Part shown: piece by piece, positions 36,629-45,889 of the stretch
Position numbering within the stretch: position 1 is the stretch's first letter
Layout of the letters: each line of letters starts with the position of its first letter
Assembly: GCA_041288095.1 (NCBI GenBank)
Contig: JBGGMJ010000086.1
Coordinates: 1-49,715 of the forward strand
Direction: 5' to 3'
Length of the DNA stretch: 49,715 nt
From: Myxococcota bacterium
GTDB taxonomy: Bacteria > Myxococcota > XYA12-FULL-58-9 > JALHOP01
Position numbers and translations under genes: made by a program
Notes under the pieces: model-generated
Told to the model about the DNA's origin: nothing
Databases searched by the model: none
Seen by the model: the letters and a program-made list of their open reading frames with translations, nothing else

Positions 36629-37993
36629 ATGTCATCCGCCACCGCCACGTATTCTCGTCCGACCTTCGGTGGATTGTTCAGCCTCGCCTGGCCGATCATC
36701 ATCTCCCGCTCGACTCAGGTCGTCGCCGGCATCTTCGACGCGTTCATGGTCGGCTACCTCGGCGAGGCCGCGCTTGCCGCCACCACGACCGGCTCGTTCA
36801 ACTCGTTCAACATCTTCATTTTCCCCTTCGGCATCGTCTTCATCGTCTCGAGCTTCGCTTCCCAGCTCTTCGGCAAGGGCGACCTCGCCGGGGCGCGACG
36901 CTTTGCTTGGTACGGCCTAGCGGTGGCGGTGGCGACGCAGGTCGTGTGCCTCGTCGCCGCGGTGTTCATCCACGAGCTCCTCTTGCCGTTCCAATACGCG
37001 GGCGACGTGCGCGTGCACCTCGAGACCTATCTGCGTATTCGCCTCATCGCGGGAGGAGCGGCGATCGGTCTCGAGGCCTTGAGCAACTACTATTCGGGGC
37101 TCGGCAACACACGCCTGCCGATGGTCATCGCGGTCGCGGTCATGGTCGTCGACGTGATCGGCAACCTCTTGTTCATCCGCGGCAACCTCGGATTTCCGGC
37201 CTTGGGCGTCGCCGGCGCGGCGTGGACCAGCTCGATCTCGACGATGATCGGTTTCGCGGCGTTCTTCCTCTATTTCGTCCGGGAAGGACGGGGTCTGGCG
37301 AAGACACCGCTCAAGCGGAGCGAGCTCTGGGAGATGCTGCGCTTCGGCGTGCCGTCGGGCCTGAACTGGTTCCTCGACTTCGCGGCCTTCAGCTTCTTCC
37401 TCAACGTCGTGCTCACCGGTCTCGGGACGAGCGCGCTCGCGGCCTTCATGTCGGTCATGAACTTGAACAGCGTCGCCTTCATGCCCGCGTTCGCGTTGTC
37501 CAGCGCCGGCGCGGTGCTCATCGGCCAAGCGATCGGCGCCGGCGCCAAGGATGACGTGCCGCGGACGCTGCGCATGGCCGCGATCAGCAATATCGCGTGG
37601 ATGTCGCTCTGCGCGCTCGCTTACTTGTTCATCCCCGCCACCCTGATGGGCCTCTTCGTGAGCAAGGATGATCCGAACGCCGCCCTCTTGATGGCGACCG
37701 GAGTCACCATGCTCAGACTGTCCCCGCTATGGGCGATCTTCGACGCGACCTCGATGGCGTACGCCGAGGGCTTGCGCGCGGCAGGCGACACGACCTTCAC
37801 CATGTGGGCACGCGCGGCCCTCGCTTGGTTCGTGTTCGCGCCGGGCTCGTTCATCAGCGTCCGCTACTTCGGACACGGCAACGTCGCGGTCATGCTCTGG
37901 GTGACCGCCTATATCCTGCTGCTTGCCGTCGTCCTCGTGTTCAGGTTTCGTTCCGGCGTCTGGCGCCGCATTGCCCTCACCGAGAACGTCTGA
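36629..37993 (+). CDS. MATE family efflux transporter
   Basis: LAWPII, DAFMVGYLGEAALAA, GLGNTRLPM, PALGVAGAA, GLRAAGDT; about 12 TM helices. Confidence 0.9.
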   Translation: MSSATATYSRPTFGGLFSLAWPIIISRSTQVVAGIFDAFMVGYLGEAALAATTTGSFNSFNIFIFPFGIVFIVSSFASQLFGKGDLAGARRFAWYGLAVAVATQVVCLVAAVFIHELLLPFQYAGDVRVHLETYLRIRLIAGGAAIGLEALSNYYSGLGNTRLPMVIAVAVMVVDVIGNLLFIRGNLGFPALGVAGAAWTSSISTMIGFAAFFLYFVREGRGLAKTPLKRSELWEMLRFGVPSGLNWFLDFAAFSFFLNVVLTGLGTSALAAFMSVMNLNSVAFMPAFALSSAGAVLIGQAIGAGAKDDVPRTLRMAAISNIAWMSLCALAYLFIPATLMGLFVSKDDPNAALLMATGVTMLRLSPLWAIFDATSMAYAEGLRAAGDTTFTMWARAALAWFVFAPGSFISVRYFGHGNVAVMLWVTAYILLLAVVLVFRFRSGVWRRIALTENV

Positions 37994-39762
37994 TGTTGAT
38001 CACCACCCTCATCTTCCTCGCCGCGGCGGTCGTCGCCGTCGTCATCTTCCAGCGCATGGGGCTGGGCTCGGTGCTCGGGTATCTGGCCGCCGGCGCCGCC
38101 ATCGGGCCCTCTGGCTTCGCATTGGTGGGGGACGTCGAAGGCACCCTGAACATCGCCGAGCTGGGCGTGGTGCTCATGCTCTTCCTCATCGGCCTCGAGC
38201 TGCAGCCGGCGCGCTTGTGGAAGATGCGCGCTCACGTCTTCGGGATCGGCAGCCTGCAGGTGGGGCTCACGACCGCCGTCGTCTGCGCCGTCGCCGTGAT
38301 GTTGGGCACGACGTTGCAAGCGGGTATCGCCATCGGCATCGCGCTCGCTATGTCGTCGACCGCCATCGCCACCCAGATCTTGGGCGAGAAGAACGAGCTT
38401 GCGGCACCCCACGGCCGCAGCGCCTTCGGCATCCTGCTCTTCCAGGACATCGCGGCGATTCCCGCCTTGGCGCTCATCCCGTTGCTCGGTAATCCGGCCG
38501 CGACCGAGGCCGCGCATCATCCCCTGCTGCGGATCGGTATCGTCGTCGCCGTGCTCGCGGCGCTGGTCGTCGTCGGCCGCTTCTTGCTGCGCCCGGCTTT
38601 CCGCCTCGTCGCCAACACCCGCAGCCAGGATCTATCGACCGCTTCGGCGCTGCTCGTGGTCATCGGCACCGCGAGCGCCGTCCACGCCGTCGGCCTCTCG
38701 ATGCCTCTCGGCGCTTTCCTCGCGGGCGTGCTGCTCGCCGACTCCGAATACCGCCACGAGCTCGAGGCGGACATCGAGCCGTTCAAGGGGCTGCTCCTCG
38801 GCTTGTTCTTCGTCGCCGTCGGCATGTCGGCGAACCTCCGTCTGCTCGCAAGCGAGCCGCTGGTCGTCATCGGGCTGACGCTCGGACTGGTCGCCCTCAA
38901 GGCCGGCGTGTTGTTCGGCATCGGACGCTTCACCAAGCTCGACAACCGCAAGGCCGTGAGCCTCGCCATCGCCGCTTCGCAGGGTGGCGAGTTCGCGTTC
39001 GTCATCTTCGCGGACGCGATGAAGGCCGGTGTGTTGGGGCCGCACATGGGCGAGCTCTTGGTCGTGGTCGTGACGTTGTCTCTGGTGACGACTCCCCTCC
39101 TCTTCGTCCTCCGCGACGCTGTCTTCAAGCGCCTGGGCGACGGCGAGGAGAAGCGCGACTTCGACGCCATGCCAGACGATCACAGCCGCGTCATCATCGC
39201 CGGCTTCGGTCGCGTCGGGCAGATCGTCGGCCGCATCTTGCTGTCGCGTGGCATCCCATTCACGGCGCTCGACGCCAGCGCGCAACATGTCGACTTCGTC
39301 CGCAACTTCGGCAACCGGGTGTACTACGGCGACGCTTCGCGGCTCGATCTCTTACGATCCGCCAAAGCCGACAAAGCGGAAGTCTTCGTGCTAGCTATCG
39401 ACGACTTCGAGGCCTCGATGCGAACCCTCAAGATCGTGCAGGAGAACTTCCCGAACCTGCACATCGTGGCGCGCGCCCGTAACCGCCAGCACGCCTTCGC
39501 GTTGCTCGGAGAAGGCGTCACTCAAGTCGTGCGCGAGAACTTCTTCGGCAGCGTCGAGATGAGCCGCCTCACGTTGGAAGAGCTCGGTTTCACCAGCCTC
39601 GCGGCGCGCCGCACCGCCAACACCTTCGCGGACTACGACGAAGCGCAGGTGCGCAAGATGTACCCGCTGCGCAACGACACCAGCGCGCTGATCGCTTCGG
39701 CGAAATCGTACGCCAAGGACCTCGAAGAGATTCTCAAGCAAGACGAACGCGAAGCGATCTAA
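37993..39762 (+). CDS. kefC: KefB/KefC-type K+/H+ antiporter (CPA2) with KTN domain
   Basis: GLGSVLGYL, AELGVVLMLFLIGLEL, LLFQD, YRHELEADIEPFKGLLLGLFF, QGGEFAF, IAGFGRVGQ, YYGDA. Confidence 0.87.
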   Translation: MLITTLIFLAAAVVAVVIFQRMGLGSVLGYLAAGAAIGPSGFALVGDVEGTLNIAELGVVLMLFLIGLELQPARLWKMRAHVFGIGSLQVGLTTAVVCAVAVMLGTTLQAGIAIGIALAMSSTAIATQILGEKNELAAPHGRSAFGILLFQDIAAIPALALIPLLGNPAATEAAHHPLLRIGIVVAVLAALVVVGRFLLRPAFRLVANTRSQDLSTASALLVVIGTASAVHAVGLSMPLGAFLAGVLLADSEYRHELEADIEPFKGLLLGLFFVAVGMSANLRLLASEPLVVIGLTLGLVALKAGVLFGIGRFTKLDNRKAVSLAIAASQGGEFAFVIFADAMKAGVLGPHMGELLVVVVTLSLVTTPLLFVLRDAVFKRLGDGEEKRDFDAMPDDHSRVIIAGFGRVGQIVGRILLSRGIPFTALDASAQHVDFVRNFGNRVYYGDASRLDLLRSAKADKAEVFVLAIDDFEASMRTLKIVQENFPNLHIVARARNRQHAFALLGEGVTQVVRENFFGSVEMSRLTLEELGFTSLAARRTANTFADYDEAQVRKMYPLRNDTSALIASAKSYAKDLEEILKQDEREAI

Positions 39763-39774
39763 TATCGAGGCTCC

Positions 39775-40251
39775 GTGGACCTATTCGTCATCCGCCATGG
39801 CATCGCAGTCCCGAAAGGTGAGTTGCGGCACGATCCGTCGCGGGCGCTGACCGCCGAGGGACGGCGCGAGCTCACGCAGGTGTGCAAGGGACTCAAGAGT
39901 CTCGGCATCCGCTTCGACAATATCTATACGAGTCCGTGGAAGCGGGCATTGCAGACCACCGCGGTGTTGCGCTCCTTGTGCAAGAAACAGCCGGAGGTCA
40001 CCGAAGAGCTGACCCGCGCACCCCGCGATAGATTGCTACGGCAGCTCGATGGCGATTCGGTGGCGGTCGTCGGTCACGAGCCCTGGCTCACGCAGCTGAT
40101 CGCCTGGTGCTGCAACGGCAGCGCCCGCGGCGCCCACGTATATATGCTCGAAAAAGCTGGAGTCGCCCATCTCACCGGCAAGCCGCGCGCCGGCCGCTTC
40201 ATGCTCGTGCATCTCTGGGGCCCCGAAGAGCTCGGCAAGCTGCGTCGCTGA
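39775..40251 (+). CDS. sixA: Phosphohistidine phosphatase SixA
   Basis: LFVIRHGIA, RALTAEG, TSPWKRALQT, VVGHEP. Confidence 0.85.
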   Translation: MDLFVIRHGIAVPKGELRHDPSRALTAEGRRELTQVCKGLKSLGIRFDNIYTSPWKRALQTTAVLRSLCKKQPEVTEELTRAPRDRLLRQLDGDSVAVVGHEPWLTQLIAWCCNGSARGAHVYMLEKAGVAHLTGKPRAGRFMLVHLWGPEELGKLRR

Positions 40252-40315
40252 AACGTCCGCGAATTGTCACGCACGCTGACGATCCGCGTCACGAGCCTCG
40301 ACGACGCTGTCCGCC

Positions 40316-41491
40316 ATGGAAGAGCTTCTGGTGCTCATCCTCGCGGCAGCGGCGGCGGCGGCTTCGATCACGACGCTGCTCTTGTCCGCTGTAACACACA
40401 AGGTGTTGTCGCGGCGCGCGACGGCGGGCGACGCCTTCCCGCCGATCAGCATCTTGAAGCCGCTGAAGGGCATCGACGACGAGCTCTACGAGAACTTGAG
40501 CTCTCTCGCGCGCCAGGATTATCCCGCCTTGGAGATCATCTTCGGCGCCGCTGACCATGATGACCCGGCGCTCGCGGTGGCGCGCCGTGTCCGCGACGAG
40601 CATCCGGCGGTCCGCATCCTCGTGGTCTCGGGTGCGCCCCTGCTCGGCGCCAACCCCAAGGTCGTGAACCTCGCGCACATGTCGCGGTTCGCGAGTCACG
40701 ACTACATTCTCGTTTCTGATTCGAACGTGCGGGCCGGACCCGATTACGTGCGCGCGCTCGCGGCAGAGCTCGCGGATGCGCGCGTCGGGCTGGTCCATAG
40801 CGTTCTCGTGGGCACGCACGAGCGATCGCTGGGGGCAGTGCTGGAAAACCTGCACCTGGCGTCGTTCGTCGTGTCCGCGGTCTGCGCGACCGACGGCCTG
40901 GCCCGACGGCCCTGCGTCATCGGCAAGTCGATGTTGATGCGCAAGAGTCACCTCGAAGAGCTCGGTGGCTGGCATGCGGTGAAGGACGTGCTCGCCGAGG
41001 ACTACATTTTGGGTGACCGCTTCCATCGCGCTGGTCACCGCGTCGCCTTGTCGGTGCAAGCGCTGCCGACGGTCACCTGCGAGCGCAGTCTGCGTGAGTT
41101 CTTGAACCGGCATGTCCGCTGGGCGCAAATGCGCCGCCGTATCGCTCCGGGTGTCTTCTTGGCGGAGACCTTCACCAATCCCCTGCCCTGGCTCTTCATC
41201 GCGGCGCTGGCGTTGGGCATGTGGGGGCGAGACCTTCCCTACGCTCGTGCTCTTGCCATCGCGCTCGTCGTTGGCACCTTGCTCAAGTTGGGTTCGGACG
41301 TCAGTCTGTTCATGCGGCTACGGAGACAGCGGATGCCCGTGAAATACCTGGCACTGGTGCCCGTCAAAGACTTCCTGGTGATGGCAGTGTGGTGCACAGC
41401 GGCAGTCAAACGCACGATTCTCTGGCGCGGCAACCGTATGCGTATCGGTGCTGGCAGCGTCTTGACCGCGTTAGCGGAGCAGGTGGCTTGA
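40316..41491 (+). CDS. Ceramide glucosyltransferase/HpnI-like glycosyltransferase (GT21)
   Basis: N-terminal [40 protein letters not shown]. Confidence 0.87.
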   Translation: MEELLVLILAAAAAAASITTLLLSAVTHKVLSRRATAGDAFPPISILKPLKGIDDELYENLSSLARQDYPALEIIFGAADHDDPALAVARRVRDEHPAVRILVVSGAPLLGANPKVVNLAHMSRFASHDYILVSDSNVRAGPDYVRALAAELADARVGLVHSVLVGTHERSLGAVLENLHLASFVVSAVCATDGLARRPCVIGKSMLMRKSHLEELGGWHAVKDVLAEDYILGDRFHRAGHRVALSVQALPTVTCERSLREFLNRHVRWAQMRRRIAPGVFLAETFTNPLPWLFIAALALGMWGRDLPYARALAIALVVGTLLKLGSDVSLFMRLRRQRMPVKYLALVPVKDFLVMAVWCTAAVKRTILWRGNRMRIGAGSVLTALAEQVA

Positions 41492-42069
41492 TGTCCAACG
41501 AGCGCAGCATCACTCCCGAGGAGATCGTCGCCGAGACCGTGGCGGCTCCGCCCTCGTACTGGAAACGCCTGCATGCGTACGACGAGGCCATCTTGGTCCG
41601 CGTGCGTAAGTGGGAAGTGCCGCGGCTCACCAAGGTGATGCGAGCCCTGACGAACATCGGCAACGCTTCGAGTTGGTGGGTGATGGGGCTCGGCCTCATG
41701 GCCTGCGGAGGCAGCGCGCGTCGCCCGGCCATCTTGCTCGGCACCGCGGCACTGGTCGGCGCGGGCGTCTCGCAGGTCATCAAGCGGACGGCGCTGCGTC
41801 CGCGACCGAATCCGCAGGTCTTGGGCCTCGCGGCACTGACCGAAAATCCCGATCGCTTCTCATTCCCCTCGGGACACGCCACGGCCGCGTTCGCTGTAGC
41901 GGTCTCACTCACCGGAGAAGGCGCGTGGCTCGGACCGGCGAGCATGGCCCTGGCTACCGGCATCGGTGTGTCGCGCGTTTACCTCGGCGCTCACTATCCA
42001 CTCGATGTGGCTGCCGGGGCGGTTCTCGGGAGCATCACGGGTCTCGCCATTCGCCTCATCCTCGCTTGA
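41491..42069 (+). CDS. PAP2 family membrane lipid phosphatase
   Basis: KRTALRPRP (C1), SFPSGH (C2), SRVYLGAHYPLDV (C3); start overlaps GT21 stop (TGATG). Confidence 0.9.
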   Translation: MSNERSITPEEIVAETVAAPPSYWKRLHAYDEAILVRVRKWEVPRLTKVMRALTNIGNASSWWVMGLGLMACGGSARRPAILLGTAALVGAGVSQVIKRTALRPRPNPQVLGLAALTENPDRFSFPSGHATAAFAVAVSLTGEGAWLGPASMALATGIGVSRVYLGAHYPLDVAAGAVLGSITGLAIRLILA

Positions 42070-42079
42070 TCATCGCCAC

Positions 42080-43387
42080 ATGACCGCTCCGATCGTCGTC
42101 ACCATCGACATGGGCTACGGCCACTTGCGAGCCGCTAAAGCGGTCGCCGACGCGCTCGGTGTGCCTTCGCTACAAATCGACAAGCCGCCGTTGGCCGACG
42201 AAGACGACCAAAAGGCGTGGGCGCGCAGCCGCCGCTTCTACGAAATGACGTCGCGCATGTCGCAGGTGCCCCTCGTGGGTGGACCGTTCCGCGGCATCTT
42301 GGACTCGCTCACATCGATTCCGCACCTGCACCCGTACCGCGATCTCTCGGCGCCGCATGTCGGCGTCAAGATGCTCGACCGCGCCATTCAACGCGGCCTT
42401 GGCGCCGGCCTCGTGCGCTATCTGCGCGACACCAAGGCACCGTTGGTCACGACGTTCTACGCGCCGGCCATTATCGCGGACAGAGCGGGCCTACCAAACG
42501 TCTACTGTGTGGTCACCGACGCCGACATCAACCGCGTATGGGCGCCCATCGAGCCCAAACGCTCGCGCATCCAGTATTTCGCGCCGACGCAACGGGCGAA
42601 GCGCCGACTCGAAGCCTACGGCGTCATCAGCGACAACATCCACGTCACCGGCTTTCCCATCGCCGAGGCGCTGATTGGCGGACCGTCACTCGCGCGCGCC
42701 AAGGAGAATCTCGCGGCGCGCTTGGTCCGGCTCGATCCAGACGGCGTTTTCAGGCGGGATGCGGCGCAGGAGATCGAGCACTTCTTGGGGCCCTTGCCGG
42801 CGGACCAGCGCGAGGCTCCACACCTGACGTTCGCGGTCGGCGGCGCGGGCGCTCAAGCCGATGTCGCCAAGCACTTCTTGCCGTCGCTGCGCGGAGCGCT
42901 GGCTTCGGGTCGCCTGAAGCTGACGCTGGTGGCGGGGTTGCGCCAGCACGTCGCTGACATGTTCGCCGAGTGGTTGCATGAGTTTTCGATGAGTGACCTG
43001 GTCGGTCACGGCATCGACATCTTGCTCGCGGCGGACTTCGACTCGTACTACGCCCGCTTCAACGCCACGCTCGCGCGCACCGATTTCTTGTGGACCAAGC
43101 CGAGCGAGATGACCTTCTACGGGGCCCTCGGCATTCCCCTGGTGTTGTCGTGGCCGGTCGGCGTGCATGAGCGCTATAACAGACGCTGGGCCATCGAGAA
43201 CGGCGCCGGCATGAAGCAGCGGGACCCGCGGTACGCGGGCGAGTGGATGCACGAGCTCCTCGCCGACGGCACCTTCGCGGCGGCCGCGTGGCACGGCTTC
43301 ACGCGCATGCCGAAGTTCGGCACGCAGCGCATCAGCGAGATGCTCAAGGCGCTAGCGCCACTCGCGGTGGTGCGGGACGCGGGCTAG
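42080..43387 (+). CDS. MGDG synthase/UgtP-like (GT28-related) glycosyltransferase
   Basis: MGYGHLRAA, VTTF, VVTD, VTGFPI, VGGAG, WTKPSE, PVGVHERYN. Confidence 0.65.
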   Translation: MTAPIVVTIDMGYGHLRAAKAVADALGVPSLQIDKPPLADEDDQKAWARSRRFYEMTSRMSQVPLVGGPFRGILDSLTSIPHLHPYRDLSAPHVGVKMLDRAIQRGLGAGLVRYLRDTKAPLVTTFYAPAIIADRAGLPNVYCVVTDADINRVWAPIEPKRSRIQYFAPTQRAKRRLEAYGVISDNIHVTGFPIAEALIGGPSLARAKENLAARLVRLDPDGVFRRDAAQEIEHFLGPLPADQREAPHLTFAVGGAGAQADVAKHFLPSLRGALASGRLKLTLVAGLRQHVADMFAEWLHEFSMSDLVGHGIDILLAADFDSYYARFNATLARTDFLWTKPSEMTFYGALGIPLVLSWPVGVHERYNRRWAIENGAGMKQRDPRYAGEWMHELLADGTFAAAAWHGFTRMPKFGTQRISEMLKALAPLAVVRDAG

Positions 43388-43941
43388 GAGCAAAGGCAGG
43401 GTGGCTTGAGCGCGTCACCGGGCCCGGGAGCTGGAGGTATGCGCGAATTCCTGTCGAGGGCGCGGCCACGAGTGAACGATTCGTGCTGCGAACGCCCTTC
43501 ACGCAGCAGGCGCAAGGTCTCTCTCTCGCCGGCGGTCAGCTCGCCGCGGGCGTCACGCCGCGCCAGATCGCCGCGTTCCATGGCCGTGCTCACGCTCGTC
43601 GAGTTGTGCAGCTGACCGTTGCGCATCGCCGCGGTGAACTCGTCCATGTAGGCGCGGTCGGCGGGGTCGAGCCGGCCGAGGGCTTGGTCACGAGCCATGC
43701 GCGCCACATCGGGGGTGCGAAACTCGCGGAAACTTTCGCGAAAGGCGCGGTCCGCGGGATGCAGGTCGGCGTCCGCCGTGGCGTTCAGCTGGTCGAGATA
43801 GCCCCTGAGCTGTTCCGTCTTGTCCGGGGAGTTGAACATCCCGTCGACGATGGCGGGCTCGCGCGCCGGAAGGTCGAGGAGACGCCATTGGCGGCCTTCG
43901 GTGTGCTGGGTGGGAGTCACGTCGTTGGCTACGCTTCGCAT
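43384..43941 (-). CDS. Hypothetical protein with internal helical repeat
   Basis: GC3-rich frame with normal amino-acid composition; start moved to MRSVAND to avoid overlap with the divergent gene. Confidence 0.55.
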   Translation of the reverse strand: MRSVANDVTPTQHTEGRQWRLLDLPAREPAIVDGMFNSPDKTEQLRGYLDQLNATADADLHPADRAFRESFREFRTPDVARMARDQALGRLDPADRAYMDEFTAAMRNGQLHNSTSVSTAMERGDLARRDARGELTAGERETLRLLREGRSQHESFTRGRALDRNSRIPPAPGPGDALKPPCLCS

Positions 43942-43983
43942 CGGCGTTGAAACATACACGCGAGGGGCGTAGACGGGCGGCCG

Positions 43984-44325
43984 GTGAGCTCCGAACCCCG
44001 ACTTCCTCAGCTTTCTAGCCTCGCTTGGACGGCAATCCTCCTCGCTGGGCTCGTCACCCTCGTCCTCGGGGTTTACCCGGTCGTGGCTTATCCGAGCGTG
44101 GCGCGCGTCCTCGCTCAACGCCCGGTCGGCACGCTCGCGGGGGTCCTCGTCACGAGACCCCTGGCATGGGTCTTCGCGCTGGCGACCGCCGGCCTGCTCC
44201 TCGCCGCCGTCACCGGGCAGCGCTCGAGTCGACTGCGCACGCGTCTTGCCTATGCGAGCTTCGCCATCGCGTCGGCCGGCCTCTGCGCGCTGATCACGGG
44301 CCTCTACGGACTCAAGAACGGCTGA
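43984..44325 (+). CDS. Small hypothetical membrane protein (about 3 TM)
   Basis: Three hydrophobic segments; fits between neighbours. Confidence 0.55.
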   Translation: MSSEPRLPQLSSLAWTAILLAGLVTLVLGVYPVVAYPSVARVLAQRPVGTLAGVLVTRPLAWVFALATAGLLLAAVTGQRSSRLRTRLAYASFAIASAGLCALITGLYGLKNG

Positions 44326-44326
44326 C

Positions 44327-44695
44327 CTACTTGCCGCCGTTCTTGCCTTCGACCTCGAGACCCGCGGCGTTGTAGGCGATCATGCCGCCCTTCATGTTGA
44401 CGACCTCGGCGAATCCCATCCGCTTTAGCGTTTGGGTGGCGCGACCGGAGCGCGCGCCGCTGCGGCACACCAAGACCAGTGGCGCCAGCTTGTCCCACTC
44501 GTTCGCGGCGTGCGCGATGGTGCCGAGCGGCACCAGCTCCGCGCCGGGAATGTGCCCGAGCTCACCGGTGAACTCGTTGACCTCGCGAACGTCGACGATA
44601 CGCGCACCTTCGGCCATGCCTTGCACTTGCTGCGGCGAGACCTCGGGGATGCCGTCGGGGCTGTCCACTGCGGCGGCGATGAGCACATGTGTCAT
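44327..44695 (-). CDS. Single-domain rhodanese-like protein
   Basis: IVDVRE..E....GHIPGA, active-site loop CRSGARS, MKGGM; RBS AAGGAG. Confidence 0.9.
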   Translation of the reverse strand: MTHVLIAAAVDSPDGIPEVSPQQVQGMAEGARIVDVREVNEFTGELGHIPGAELVPLGTIAHAANEWDKLAPLVLVCRSGARSGRATQTLKRMGFAEVVNMKGGMIAYNAAGLEVEGKNGGK

Positions 44696-44770
44696 GTGGG
44701 GTCTCCTTGCAGACGTCACGGCCGCTGTAATTCAATGCATCCTGCAAGACAATGCCAGGGGGAGATCGCG

Positions 44771-45835
44771 ATGCGTGACGATTCGCGGCCGGTGCGCACC
44801 GGTGAAGAGCTCGATACGACGAAGCTGGGCGCCTTCATGCGCGAGCGCTTGGGAGTGTCGGGCGAGGTCGCGGTGCGGCAATTCGCCGGCGGTCATTCGA
44901 ATCTCACCTACTTGGTGCAGGTCGGCGAGCGCGAGGTTGTGCTGCGGCGGCCACCCCATGGCGCTGCCGCGAAAGGCGGCCACGACATGCCTCGTGAGTA
45001 CCGCATCCTCGAGGCCCTGGCGCCGACGGACGTGCCGGTGGCGAAGCCGGTGGCGCTCTGCGAAGACGCCGCCGTGCTGGGCGCGCCGTTCTACTTGATG
45101 GAGCGCGTCGTCGGCGTCGTCCTGCGCGACGCGGGCACGGTGACGGCGCTGACCGATGCGACGTCGATGCGCGCGGTCGCCGAGAGCTTCGTCGGCACCT
45201 TGGCGCGCATTCACGCCGTGAAGTCACCGGCGCTCGCGGCGCTCGGCAAAGGCGAAGGTTACTGCGCTCGGCAGGTGAAGGGTTGGACCGAGCGCTATGC
45301 GAAGGCGCGCACCGACGACATCGCCGACATGAACGCTATCGCGGAGTGGATGCCAGCGCGGATTCCCAGCACCGAAGAAGCGGCATTCATTCACAACGAC
45401 TTCAAATACGACAACCTCATGCTGGCCCCCCGCCGCCTGCACGACGTGGTGGCGGTGCTCGACTGGGAGATGGCGACCGTCGGAGACCCGCTGCTCGATC
45501 TGGGGACGAGCCTCGGCTACTGGACCGACCCCGATGACGCGCCCGAGCTACGGGCTCTGAGTCTGTCGCCGACGTTGGCTCCCGGCGGCATGACGCGGCT
45601 CGAGCTGGCGCAGCGCTATCAAGAGGTCAGCGGCCGCAGGGTCGGCGACATGGTGTTCGCGTACGTGTTGGCGCTGTTCAAGATCGCGACGATCGCGCAG
45701 CAGATCTACGCGCGCTATGCGCTCGGCCACACCAAAGATCCGCGCTTTGCGGCCTTGGGAGGGGCGGTGCGGGTCCTCGCGAGTCAGGCGCGCCGAGCCA
45801 TGGCGGCGAACCGCATCCACGGTCTCGCGCCCTAG
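44771..45835 (+). CDS. Phosphotransferase family protein (APH-like, ACAD10/11 kinase-domain type)
   Basis: GGHSNLTY, VLRRPP, HDMPREY, GAPFYLME, IHNDFKYDN, LDWEMATVGDPLLDLG. Confidence 0.88.
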   Translation: MRDDSRPVRTGEELDTTKLGAFMRERLGVSGEVAVRQFAGGHSNLTYLVQVGEREVVLRRPPHGAAAKGGHDMPREYRILEALAPTDVPVAKPVALCEDAAVLGAPFYLMERVVGVVLRDAGTVTALTDATSMRAVAESFVGTLARIHAVKSPALAALGKGEGYCARQVKGWTERYAKARTDDIADMNAIAEWMPARIPSTEEAAFIHNDFKYDNLMLAPRRLHDVVAVLDWEMATVGDPLLDLGTSLGYWTDPDDAPELRALSLSPTLAPGGMTRLELAQRYQEVSGRRVGDMVFAYVLALFKIATIAQQIYARYALGHTKDPRFAALGGAVRVLASQARRAMAANRIHGLAP

Positions 45836-45889
45836 CTGACGCTTCTTTCCTGGCGCTTGTCAGACCCGCTCTTTATACTGAACATCTGT

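Noticed and set aside
2280..45835. Split ACAD10/11-like pair (acyl-CoA dehydrogenase plus APH-like kinase)
   Set aside because: Genes are about 40 kb apart and the dehydrogenase looks VLCAD/ACAD9-like; no evidence of linkage.
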